Shown in pieces: positions 20,290 to 32,316 of a stretch of 64,000 bases of DNA. The translations under genes were made by a program, and so were the position numbers. Under the pieces are notes generated by a model that searched no databases, was not told where the DNA came from, and saw only the letters and a list, made by a program, of their open reading frames with translations. Position 1 is the stretch's first letter, and each line of letters starts with the position of its first letter. This DNA comes from Candidatus Brocadiaceae bacterium (GTDB taxonomy: Bacteria > Planctomycetota > Brocadiia > SM23-32): contig JAAYEJ010000011.1 of assembly GCA_012728835.1 (NCBI GenBank), forward strand, positions 50,990-114,989, read 5' to 3'.

Positions 20290-21636
20290 TCAACCCCTCA
20301 GTTTCCTGGTGACGCGGGCGCGCAGCACGACGGCCGCAGCATTCAGAAGCAGAACGACGCCGATCAAGGTCAGCACCATGCCATACTGCACGTGTCGGAT
20401 CTCGTCCACGGCGGCGTGCTCGGTGGCCAGGTTGTAGATGCTCCAGGGCAGCGCCGGCGTCGGGTGCGTGAAGACCTGCCGCAGCGTCGGCACCGCCCCC
20501 AGACTGACGGCCGCGGTGAAGATGATCGGCGCCGTCTCGCCCGCCGCCCGGCCCATGCTCAGGATGATGCTCGTCAGCACGCCGGGCAGGCAGGCCGGCA
20601 GGACGACGGTGAACGTCGTGCGCCACTTCGTCGCCCCCAGGCTCAGGGCGGCCTCCTTGTAGGTGGCCGGCACGGCACGCAATGCCTCTTCAGAGGCCCT
20701 GATGACGGTCGGCAGCACCAGGCAGGCCAGCGTGAGCGACCCGGCCAGCACGCTCCTGGACGGGGAGACCTGCAGGATGTTGATGAAGAACGCGCAACCG
20801 AACAGGCCGAACACGATGCTCGGCACACCGGCCAGCGTGTTGATGCAGGCGCGGATGGCGCTGATCCACCAGCCGCCTCCCGCGTATTCGGTCAGGTAGA
20901 CTGCCGACAGGATTCCCATCGGCCCGGCGACGAGCATCGCGCCGATCGTCAGGTAGAGGGTCCCCAGCACGGCCGGCCCGATGCCGCCGAAGAAATGCGA
21001 ATCCCGGGAGTCGTCCGTCAGGAACCGTCCGTAGAAGGTCAACCGCGGGCGGAGCATCTCCCGGGCATTCCCCTCGATGTGCGCGAAGATCGGCTCCAGC
21101 GAGGTGCCCCGGAACTGCTCGACCCGCGGCACGAGCACCTCCACGCCCATCTGCGCAGGATCGGAGTAGTCATAGGTCGTTGCGTAGAGCACCTCCCGCA
21201 GCTTCACCCGCGCCCGATCCCACCGAGTCTGGCCGTACTGCGCCCGGGGGAGCGCAGGCTGCGGCTCGCCCGGGAACGGCCCCAGCAGGGCGCGCAGCGC
21301 GGCCTTGAGTTCGTCGAGCCGTCCGCCGTACTCCCGGCGCTCGCCCCGGTCCATCTCACCCAACTCCTTTTCGAACTGTGCGATCGCCTCGTAGAGGGGC
21401 CTGCGCGCTTCAGCGGCCAGAGCCAGCTCCGCCCGGATCTCGTCGCGGTCCCCGCGGCCGAACAGCTCCAGCATCACGCGCCGATGCTCCACCGTGCCGC
21501 GGAACAGGAAGGCGCGTGACCCGCGCACGAACATCGGCCCGAGCAACACCGCCAGTGCCCCCGCCATGAGCAGGATCGCCATGACGCCGAGGCCGGAGAA
21601 GGCCCGGTCCATCGTCTTGCGGGTGCTCAGTTGCAC
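20290..21636 (-). CDS. pstA: Phosphate ABC transporter permease PstA (long-N-terminus type).
   Basis: 448 aa. It has the EAALSLGATKWRTTFTVVLP (EAA-loop) permease motif and follows pstC. Confidence 0.85.
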   Translation of the reverse strand: MQLSTRKTMDRAFSGLGVMAILLMAGALAVLLGPMFVRGSRAFLFRGTVEHRRVMLELFGRGDRDEIRAELALAAEARRPLYEAIAQFEKELGEMDRGERREYGGRLDELKAALRALLGPFPGEPQPALPRAQYGQTRWDRARVKLREVLYATTYDYSDPAQMGVEVLVPRVEQFRGTSLEPIFAHIEGNAREMLRPRLTFYGRFLTDDSRDSHFFGGIGPAVLGTLYLTIGAMLVAGPMGILSAVYLTEYAGGGWWISAIRACINTLAGVPSIVFGLFGCAFFINILQVSPSRSVLAGSLTLACLVLPTVIRASEEALRAVPATYKEAALSLGATKWRTTFTVVLPACLPGVLTSIILSMGRAAGETAPIIFTAAVSLGAVPTLRQVFTHPTPALPWSIYNLATEHAAVDEIRHVQYGMVLTLIGVVLLLNAAAVVLRARVTRKLRG

Positions 21637-21639
21637 GGC

Positions 21640-22791
21640 TCACTCCCCCGTCCTTCTCGAGCGGCGAATCGCCCATTCGCTCACCAGGTTGCAGACGAAC
21701 GAGATGGTCAGCAGGCACAGGGCCAGGGCGAACAGCACATGGTAGCGATCGGAGCCCGTGACGTGATCCGCCTCCCCCATGTCGCCGGCGATGGTGGCCG
21801 TCACGGTGCGCACCGGCGCGAGCACGTTCCACCACGGCGAGGGGATCTGCGCGGCGTTCCCCGAAGCCATCCAGACCACCATCGTCTCGCCGACCGCCCG
21901 CATCGCGCCCAGAAGCACCGCGGCCAGGATGCCGCTGCGGGCCGCGGGCACCACGACCTTCACCACCGTTTCCATGCGCGTGGCCCCGAGGCCGTAGCTC
22001 GCCTCGCGCAGTTCACGGCCCACGGTGCTGAGCGCGTCCTCGCAAACGCTCACCACCGTCGGCAGGGCCATGATCCCGAGGATGATCGAGACGTTCAACG
22101 CCGTCGTCCCACTGGCGATGGCCATGCCGTGCAGGGCGCGCGCCGCCGCCCCCACCGCCCCCAGGCAGGCCGCGCCGAACAGAACCCCGGCCGGCACCGC
22201 CACCGCCCGCCGCGCCCCCCCCCTCAAGCAGCCCGATGCCAGGTCGCCGAAGACGACGGCCGCCAGCACGGCGAGCGGCACGCCCACCACCAGCGTGCCC
22301 AGTGCCAGCACCCGTCCTCCGTGCTCCTGCAACAGCGGGGCGAACACGACCAGCGCGAAGAACCCGTAGGCGACCGACGGGATCGCGGCCAGGACCTCGA
22401 TCACCGGCTTGACGGCCTGCCGCAGGCCGAACGGAAGCACGTCGCTCAGGCAGACGGCCGCGGCGATTCCCATCGGGCCGGCCACGACCATGGCGCCGAA
22501 GGTCACCATCGCGCTGCCGTAGAACAGCGTCAGGGCCCCGAATTCAGCCGGCTCCCGCGAAGGATACCACCGGGTGCCGCCGAAGAACTCGCCCAGGCCG
22601 CGGGAGCGGAAGAACGGGAGGGCGTCCCGGATGATCGAGTGGAAGATGAAGAGGATCACCGTGGCCGAACCTACCGCGATGGCGAACAGGAACGCCTCCC
22701 CCGCAAAGGAGGCCAGCCGCGCAAGCCGGCCGGCCCTCCTCTCCCTGACCAGGGCGCGGGGGCGGTGATGCTTCATGCCCTTCCTCCTCAC
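21640..22791 (-). CDS. pstC: Phosphate ABC transporter permease PstC.
   Basis: 383 aa. EAA-like loop EASYGLGATRMETVVKVVVP. The start could instead be Met 6 (22776). Confidence 0.85.
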   Translation of the reverse strand: MRRKGMKHHRPRALVRERRAGRLARLASFAGEAFLFAIAVGSATVILFIFHSIIRDALPFFRSRGLGEFFGGTRWYPSREPAEFGALTLFYGSAMVTFGAMVVAGPMGIAAAVCLSDVLPFGLRQAVKPVIEVLAAIPSVAYGFFALVVFAPLLQEHGGRVLALGTLVVGVPLAVLAAVVFGDLASGCLRGGARRAVAVPAGVLFGAACLGAVGAAARALHGMAIASGTTALNVSIILGIMALPTVVSVCEDALSTVGRELREASYGLGATRMETVVKVVVPAARSGILAAVLLGAMRAVGETMVVWMASGNAAQIPSPWWNVLAPVRTVTATIAGDMGEADHVTGSDRYHVLFALALCLLTISFVCNLVSEWAIRRSRRTGE

Positions 22792-22818
22792 GACGTTCTC
22801 GAAGCCGCACCCGGGTGC

Positions 22819-23679
22819 TCAGCGGTAGTTCGTGACCGGCACGAACCCGAGCCCCTCGACGATCTCCTGCCCCTTCGGCGTCAGGTGCAGCGTGGTATAG
22901 GCGTAGAGGTGGCTTCCCAGCGTCGGGTAGCCGCTGGTGAACAGGAACAACGGCCGGGCGATCGGGTAGCGACCGTTGACCACGGTGGCCGGCGTCGCCT
23001 CGACGCCGTTGATCTGCAGGCTCTTCACGGTCCTGTCCACGAAGCCGAGCCCGACGAAGGCGACGGCCTGCCGGGTCGTCTGCACCCTGGAACGCGCGGC
23101 GCCGTTGCTGCCGACGTACTCGGTGCCGGCGCCCATCTTCTCATTGCCCATCACAAGGCCCTGGAAGGTCTCGTAGGTGCCGCTGTTCGTGTCGCGGCTG
23201 ACGGCCACGATGTCCAGGTTCGGGCCGCCCACCTGGCTCCAGTTCGTCACCCTGCCCGTGTAGATGTCCCGCACCTGCGCAACCGTCAACCCGGTGACGG
23301 GATTCGCAGGATGCACGATGACGGCGATCCCGTCCAGCGCCACGACGTGCGCCACCGGCATCACGCCCCCGTCGATGGCCGCCTTGAACTCGCTGTCCTT
23401 CATGAAGCGCGACATCATGGCGACGTCGCAGGTGCCGTTGACCAGGCTCTTGGCTCCGTTGCCGCTTCCGGACTCGCTGACCGACACCGTCTCCCCGGGG
23501 TTCTGCCGCATGTAGTGCTCAGCAAAGGCTTTGCCGATCGGTCCGACGGTCGTCGAGCCGTCCACGACGATGCTCTTCTTCTCCGCGTCCTGCCCGTGCA
23601 CGATCGCCCCCGTGCCCGCCAGGCCCAGGGCCAGGGCCACCAGAAGGCCACCGGCCAACACTCCCTGCCTCCGCTTCAT
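22819..23679 (-). CDS. pstS: Phosphate-binding periplasmic protein PstS.
   Basis: An internal Met of the 611-aa track ORF (MKRRQGVLAGGLLVALALGLAG...), with ATG at 23679 preceded by GGAGAGGAG. It is 286 aa with a signal peptide and the PstS fold motifs (GSGNGAKSL, SRDTNSGTYETF). Confidence 0.85.
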   Translation of the reverse strand: MKRRQGVLAGGLLVALALGLAGTGAIVHGQDAEKKSIVVDGSTTVGPIGKAFAEHYMRQNPGETVSVSESGSGNGAKSLVNGTCDVAMMSRFMKDSEFKAAIDGGVMPVAHVVALDGIAVIVHPANPVTGLTVAQVRDIYTGRVTNWSQVGGPNLDIVAVSRDTNSGTYETFQGLVMGNEKMGAGTEYVGSNGAARSRVQTTRQAVAFVGLGFVDRTVKSLQINGVEATPATVVNGRYPIARPLFLFTSGYPTLGSHLYAYTTLHLTPKGQEIVEGLGFVPVTNYR

Positions 23680-23804
23680 CCTGCAGCTCCTCTCCCGATG
23701 CCCGCCCTTCAGAAGTCTCGAGCGCGACCGCCGCGCCTGCAGTTGATTGTCTTGCGTCCCCGTTAGGATCGCCTTAAGACCACGTGACTTCTGCATTGCC
23801 GCCG

Positions 23805-23836
23805 GCCCTCCGTACAGCAGGAGCGGGCCCGGGCGG
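23805..23836. terminator. Perfect 14-bp GC stem-loop (GCAGGAGCGGGCCC-gggc-GGGCCCGCTCCTGC) flanked by a CTCCGTACA direct repeat. Likely an intrinsic terminator or insulator between the secretin operon and the pstS promoter.
   Basis: It is read directly from sequence. It lies ~40 nt downstream of the secretin-B stop (23874) and ~130 nt upstream of the pstS start. There is no U-tract, as is common in high-GC genomes. Confidence 0.45.
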
Positions 23837-23873
23837 GCCCGCTCCTGCGGCTCCGTACAAAGCCTGCGGCCGT

Positions 23874-25400
23874 TCAATCCGTGCCCAGAAGCCACATATC
23901 GAAGCCGTATGCCGTCTTCGGCAACGGCAGGTGCGCGTGCCGGAGCACCTGGGCGCGCACCAGTCTGTCCTCCTCGCGCGCCAGTTCCTTGTGCACCTCG
24001 CTGAACTGGACGACGCGGGGGTTGAGCACGATGACCATCTCGGTGGTGCGGCGGGAGTTCTTCTCGCTGCCGAACAGGTGACCCAGGACAGGAATGCTCC
24101 CCAGCAGCGGGATCCTGGCGGTGGACTTCACGTCCTCGGTGCGTTTGAGGCCGCCGATGCAGACCTCCATGCCATCGCGCATCAGGACGGTGCCGGCCAC
24201 GGCGTTGTTGCGGACCATCGGCGTGCCCGAGGGAGTCGCGCCGATGATGCCGTTCATTTCGACGGCGTAGAGCAGTTCGGTCGTCTCCAGGCCGATGTAC
24301 GGTGTCAGGCTGAGTTCCAGGCCGACCTGGACGTCGCCGTTTCGCGTCAGACACCGCCCCTCCCACACGTCGTCGACGAAGGAGGCGCTGTCGTCCGTGC
24401 CGTCGACGGCGCGCTGGTCCAGTTCGTCCGGGCAGATGTCGAAGTGCAGCACCTCGTCGGCTGCCGACAGCGTGCCCACCTCGCCATTGCGGACGTTCAG
24501 CCGCCCGCTGGTGACGAGGCGCGCGCGGCCCTTGCGCACCATGAAATCGACGAACTCCGAGGTGAGCACGAAGTTGAGGCCGGCGTAATGGCCGCTCGCT
24601 GCCTCGCTGGACCCCCACCGCACGCACTGGAAGAGGTCCCTGCCGGGGCCGCACTTCCAGGCCACGAAGTCCAGCCCGAGGCTCAGGTCGTTGGTCAGTT
24701 CCACCTCGTAGACGGCCACGTCGAGCAGCAACTGAGGCGGGAAGACGTCGACCTCTTCCGCAATCTGCACGTATCTGGCCACGCGTGTGGGCTCGCCGCG
24801 GCAGAATATGGAATTCGCCGTGGTGTCGATGATGATCGTGCCGCCGTCGCCTCCGGCCGGCACGCGGGCGATCGCGTCCAGGTCTGCGGCATCCCGGAAC
24901 CGCGCCCTGTAGTAGGCCTGCTGCGACCCGTCGACGTCTTCCTGGAGCCAGGCCACGTCGAGGGCCTTCAGGGCCTCCTCGATGTAGGGCAACTGGAACT
25001 CGGGGGCGATCACCTGCAGCCAGGCCTTGCCGGCCACCTTGTCACGGATCACCTCGGCGCGCCCGCCCTCCTTGGCCGTGATCGTCCGGAAGACGTTGCG
25101 GACCTCGCGCGCAGACGCATTGTGGATCGGGTAGACGCCCACGACGTAGTCGTTGACCAGGTTCTTCTGGTTGACGCGCAGGACCTTCACGGTTGCGTCC
25201 TCACGCGCGTCGATGTTGATCTGCTCGTCCTGGAAGACGTAGTTGTCGATGCCGCTGGCGGTCGCCGTCGGGCTCGGATCCCCGCGGCGATTGGCCACGC
25301 CGGAGGCCTCGTCGCTGCCGCCGGCCGATGCGGTTCCGGCGGCGAACAGGCAGATGCCGAGGGCCGCCATCAGGACTGCGTGTTTGCCCGTGCTGCTCAT
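23874..25400 (-). CDS. Secretin-family outer-membrane channel protein (GspD/PilQ superfamily), paralog B.
   Basis: ATG 25400 (Met 17 of the track ORF; GAGGAGG RBS), signal peptide MSSTGKHAVLMAALGICLFAAGTASA. The C-terminal secretin signature is ARIPLLGSIPVLGHLFGSEKNSRRTTEMVIVLNPRVV. Confidence 0.75.
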   Translation of the reverse strand: MSSTGKHAVLMAALGICLFAAGTASAGGSDEASGVANRRGDPSPTATASGIDNYVFQDEQINIDAREDATVKVLRVNQKNLVNDYVVGVYPIHNASAREVRNVFRTITAKEGGRAEVIRDKVAGKAWLQVIAPEFQLPYIEEALKALDVAWLQEDVDGSQQAYYRARFRDAADLDAIARVPAGGDGGTIIIDTTANSIFCRGEPTRVARYVQIAEEVDVFPPQLLLDVAVYEVELTNDLSLGLDFVAWKCGPGRDLFQCVRWGSSEAASGHYAGLNFVLTSEFVDFMVRKGRARLVTSGRLNVRNGEVGTLSAADEVLHFDICPDELDQRAVDGTDDSASFVDDVWEGRCLTRNGDVQVGLELSLTPYIGLETTELLYAVEMNGIIGATPSGTPMVRNNAVAGTVLMRDGMEVCIGGLKRTEDVKSTARIPLLGSIPVLGHLFGSEKNSRRTTEMVIVLNPRVVQFSEVHKELAREEDRLVRAQVLRHAHLPLPKTAYGFDMWLLGTD

Positions 25401-25444
25401 CTCGTCGCCTCCTCTTGCGGGTTCGGAGTCGGGAAGGGTGGAGG

Positions 25445-26914
25445 TCACTCGGTGCCCTCGCGGTCAAAGAGCCACTGATCGAATCCGGCTTCGGTGGCCG
25501 GCGTCTGCACGGGCACCCGGCGGCGGGCCCGCGCGCGGATCAGCGCCGCGTCGATCTCGGTGTTGGCCCCGCCCATGGCACCGAAATCCCGGACGACGGC
25601 CGCCGAGAGAACGACGACGACGTTGCGCCGTTTGACCAGGTTCTGCTCGCTGCCGAACAGCCATCCGAGGACGGGCAGGCTGCCCAGAACCGGGATCTTG
25701 TTGCTCTGCTGCACCATCATCTCGCGGCCGTAGCCGCCGAGGACGACCTCTTCGCCGTCCTTGACCCGCAGGGAGGTGTCGAAGCTGCGCGCCACGAGCT
25801 GGGGCCGGCCGGTCGAGTCGAACCCCGTGTGGCCGGTCACTTCCAGTTCCAGGTCCAGCGTCACCCCCTGCGTGCCGACCAGTGGCTGCACCTTCAGCCG
25901 GACGCCGGACCGGGCGCTGTCCAGGGCGCGCTCTCGCTGGTCGCCGACCACGACGCGGTCGTCCACGCCGGCCCGCAGGCTGGTCCGCCAGTAGAAGATG
26001 TGGTCGCCGACGTCGATGACGGCCGGCCTGTCGTGCCGCGAGATCACCTTGGCGCTCGTCAGCACGCGGGCTTTGTCCTTGGCCACGAGGAAATCGAAGA
26101 ACCCGCTGTGCATGTTGAGCCGGTAGCTGTAGTGGTTGCTCGGCCCGCCGATCGAGTACCCGGGCACGTCGTCGGTCTCGGAGAGGAAGCCGCCGGCAAA
26201 GAGTTCGCGGCCGGGCCCGTTCTTCCACGACACGTAGTCCAGCCCGAGCGCCGTGTCGTTCTCCACGTTCACCTCGTAGAGAGTCGCCTCGATCATCACC
26301 TGCGCCGGGGGCTGGTCCAGCTCCGGCAGCCATCGTTCGATATCCTCGATGGCGCTCGGCACATCCTGGAACAGGTAGGCATTGACCGGCAGGTCCGCCA
26401 CCTGGTCACCGGTGGCCCGGTTCGGCGAGAGCACGGCATTGACCAGGGCGACGAAGGACGGATCGGCCACGCTCCGGTGCCGGGGGCGGTAGTAGAGCGT
26501 CCTGTCGCCCGACGACGTCGTCAGGCCCGGCACGTCGATGACCTCCATCAGCCGGTCGAGATACGGGATCTGGTAGATGGGCACCATCACGACCGCCTTG
26601 CCGCTTCGGACCGACCCGTGAGGGTCCGCCGGATCTTCGGGCTTGCCGTAGAGGAACCAGGCCCCCTCCTCGATCTCCGTGCTGCGGCGGATGAAGCGAA
26701 TCACCTCGTACGGGTTCACGTTGTCCAGGTCGTAGACCTTCGGCACGTAGCGGTTCGTCTGCGCCTTGTTGGTGGTACGCAGCACCCGGATCAGCGTCGT
26801 GGGCGCTTCGCCGGGTGACCGGAACTCCGCCCCGACCTCGCCCTGGGCGGCCGCACAGGGAGCGGCGCACAGAGCCAGAAAGACCGCTGTGAAGAGAGCC
26901 CTCCGCTTCATCAA
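25445..26914 (-). CDS. Secretin-family outer-membrane channel protein, paralog A.
   Basis: 489 aa, signal peptide MMKRRALFTAVFLALCAAPCAAA. Secretin signature NKIPVLGSLPVLGWLFGSEQNLVKRRNVVVVLSAAVV. It shares a C-terminal GFDxWL tail with paralog B. Confidence 0.75.
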   Translation of the reverse strand: MMKRRALFTAVFLALCAAPCAAAQGEVGAEFRSPGEAPTTLIRVLRTTNKAQTNRYVPKVYDLDNVNPYEVIRFIRRSTEIEEGAWFLYGKPEDPADPHGSVRSGKAVVMVPIYQIPYLDRLMEVIDVPGLTTSSGDRTLYYRPRHRSVADPSFVALVNAVLSPNRATGDQVADLPVNAYLFQDVPSAIEDIERWLPELDQPPAQVMIEATLYEVNVENDTALGLDYVSWKNGPGRELFAGGFLSETDDVPGYSIGGPSNHYSYRLNMHSGFFDFLVAKDKARVLTSAKVISRHDRPAVIDVGDHIFYWRTSLRAGVDDRVVVGDQRERALDSARSGVRLKVQPLVGTQGVTLDLELEVTGHTGFDSTGRPQLVARSFDTSLRVKDGEEVVLGGYGREMMVQQSNKIPVLGSLPVLGWLFGSEQNLVKRRNVVVVLSAAVVRDFGAMGGANTEIDAALIRARARRRVPVQTPATEAGFDQWLFDREGTE

Positions 26915-27669
26915 TCCGTCCTTTCCTGAGGAGATTCGCCGATTTCGAGAGCCTTGACGACACCGCTGTACGCGTTGACGGTGAAGGCCGCAGGCGCGCT
27001 CAGCGGATCATCCTCCGCGCCCAGCAGGACAACCCACACGTAGAGGCCGGTCTCCCCCAGCGGCACCAGAACCGCCCGGGCCGGCACGGTCCCATCGGCC
27101 CCCCCCTTCTCCCTTGCCAGGGCGACGGCCTGTCGGCGGACAACGATGCCCGAATAGGGGTCTCGCTCGAACATCCGCTCGTGCGACACGGCGAACGGCG
27201 CCGGCTCGGAGTAGCAGGTCGACAGAGGCGGCGAACCGGCCTCGGCCCCGCGGCAGCCGCTCAGGCCGACCATGAGCCCCCACTCGCCCGCCTCATCCGT
27301 CAGATCGCAGAACAGGAACGTGCGCCCGGTGCTCTCCCCCGGAGAGATGAGGCGGGGCTGCCCGGCGGCCTGGTTGGGGAGCACGGGCCGGCGCACCAGG
27401 AGTTCTCCCACGCCCGGCCGGCCCCGGCGGAACTTCAGCCCGTCGTTGTCCAGAGAGGGCACGAGCAGATCGCAGGCGCCCACGTTCGTCACGCTCACGG
27501 CCGCCCTCACCGGCTCGCCCCGTGCGTAGGTCGCCGAATCCAGCGAGAGCCGCACCTCCGCCGCGTGATCCGGCGGCCTCGTTGCCGCACAACCGACGGA
27601 CGCCGCCAACGCGGCGACCACGGACAAGAGCACGACGACGGACCGAATGCTTCTGACTCCCGTGAACAT
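26911..27669 (-). CDS. Predicted lipoprotein (signal peptide plus lipobox VGC), unknown function. Candidate secretin-associated (pilotin-like) component.
   Basis: ATG at 27669 (AGGAGGG RBS). MFTGVRSIRSVVVLLSVVAALAASVGC. Its stop overlaps the secretin-A start (26911/26914). Confidence 0.5.
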   Translation of the reverse strand: MFTGVRSIRSVVVLLSVVAALAASVGCAATRPPDHAAEVRLSLDSATYARGEPVRAAVSVTNVGACDLLVPSLDNDGLKFRRGRPGVGELLVRRPVLPNQAAGQPRLISPGESTGRTFLFCDLTDEAGEWGLMVGLSGCRGAEAGSPPLSTCYSEPAPFAVSHERMFERDPYSGIVVRRQAVALAREKGGADGTVPARAVLVPLGETGLYVWVVLLGAEDDPLSAPAAFTVNAYSGVVKALEIGESPQERTD

Positions 27670-27851
27670 GCGTCCGAATCCCTCCTGACCAGCCACTGTG
27701 AGATGACCTGAACCGCCGGGGGCGACGGGGCCTCCCCGTGCCCAACCGTCTCCGACCGCGACGGATCGCGGGCTCGTTCGCCGTTCGCGCCAGGACGTGT
27801 CACAGACAAGGAGCGCGCCCGTGATCCCATGTCACGACTGCGTGCATGCCA

Positions 27852-28043
27852 TCAGGACGGCGCCGACTGCGCCGAGCAGCAACATGCCGGTCCCTTTGAT
27901 GACAGCTGCAGGGGCCAGTCCTTGAGCAGGTCCGACAGGCGGCGTCGGGAGTGCCGCCACGCGGAAAAGTGTACAATCGATGCCGCCCAAGCCGCAACCA
28001 AACCGAACGCGATCAGGGAACCCATCAGTGAGCAGTCCGGCAT
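27852..28043 (-). CDS. Candidate small single-TM membrane protein (63 aa).
   Basis: ATG 28043 is preceded by a very strong SD (GGAAGGAGGTGAAGGGAC-ATG). There is a hydrophobic helix LMGSLIAFGLVAAWAASIV. It sits in a local lower-GC patch between the phoBR remnant and the lipoprotein gene. Codon usage is weaker than in neighbours. Confidence 0.25.
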   Translation of the reverse strand: MPDCSLMGSLIAFGLVAAWAASIVHFSAWRHSRRRLSDLLKDWPLQLSSKGPACCCSAQSAPS

Positions 28044-28185
28044 GTCCCTTCACCTCCTTCCTCACGGACGCTCGTCGAGCGAGCGCGCCTGTTGCCGAAT
28101 GGAAGGTTAATGCAGGGATGTTAGGGCAGGATGGAGGGCGAATGAGATTCGCGGGAGGTCCACCGGCCCGGACGCGGGACGCGAT

Positions 28186-28905
28186 CTACGCCGGCAGGAC
28201 CAGGCAGAAGGTGCTGCCCTCCCCCACGCGGCTCTGCACCGTCACCTGCCCGCCGTGCACCCTCGCGATGTGCTGCACGATGGCCAGGCCCAGCCCCGTG
28301 CCGCCGAGCGCCCGGCTCCGCGACTTGTCCACGCAGTAGAACGGCTCGAAGATGCGCTCGAGATGCTCGCCCGGAATGCCGCAACCGTGGTCGCGCACGC
28401 AGATGCGCACCCGCGAGTCGGCCCGGTCGGCCTCCACGGTCACCGTGGCCCCGTCGGGGCTGTACTTGACGGCGTTGTCCAGCAGGTTGACCAGCGCCTG
28501 CTCGATCAGCCGCGGGTTCATGCGCGCCTCGAGCGACGGCGGGCAGGAGGACTCGATGCGGATCCGTCGGTCGCCGGCTCGAGGTTCGCAGTCGGCGATC
28601 GCCGCGCAGATGACCTCCGCCGGATCGGTCGGTCTGAGGTCGATGGCTTCGGCCGCGGCTTCCCGTTCGATGCGGTAGAGGGCCAGCAGGTCGTCGATGA
28701 TGCGCAGGTCGCGATCGACGGCGATGACGCCCTCGGCCATGCTGGCCAGCACCGCCTCGTGCTCCCGGTTCTGGCGGCTGACCGTCTCGATGTGCTCGCG
28801 CAGGCCGGCGGCCAGGACCTGGTAGCCTTCGCGGGCCAGGCTGTAGCTGACGAGCTGGACGATGTCCTCCTCGTCGTCGACGACCAGCACGCTTTCTCGG
28901 GCCAT
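28186..28905 (-). pseudogene. In-frame phoB-phoR fusion remnant: receiver N-terminus (~34 aa) joined to a PhoR-like PAS start, then jumping into the distal HisKA helix and an intact HATPase_c. It lacks the phospho-acceptor His and the receiver Asp.
   Basis: MARESVLVVDDEEDIVQLVSYSLAREGYQV (REC N-terminus); LASMAEGVIAVDRDLRII (PAS start); DDLLALYRIEREAAAE (end of HisKA); NLLDNAVKYSPDG...DHGCGIPGEHLERIFEPFYCVDKSRSRALGGTGLGLAIV (N, G1, F, G2 boxes). No H-box was found. Confidence 0.5.
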
Positions 28906-29004
28906 GGCGGCTCCCTGACCACAGGACGCTTGATGCCCTTCATCGTCGCGCCGGACGGTTAGGATACGACAAAGGCCGAGTCAAAGAACCGTGTGGCAGC
29001 CGCC

Positions 29005-32268
<3,264 letters not shown>

Positions 32269-32316
32269 GGCCGCGTCGAGTCCTTCACGAACAGCCGCGC
32301 GCAGGGTGGCGCACGG

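Noticed and set aside
22819-24654. 611-aa ORF extending pstS upstream across the intergenic hairpin and into secretin B.
   Set aside because: The N-terminal 325 aa are Arg/Pro/Gly-rich low-complexity sequence antisense to the secretin gene. PstS begins at the internal Met with a signal peptide and a GGAGAGGAG RBS.
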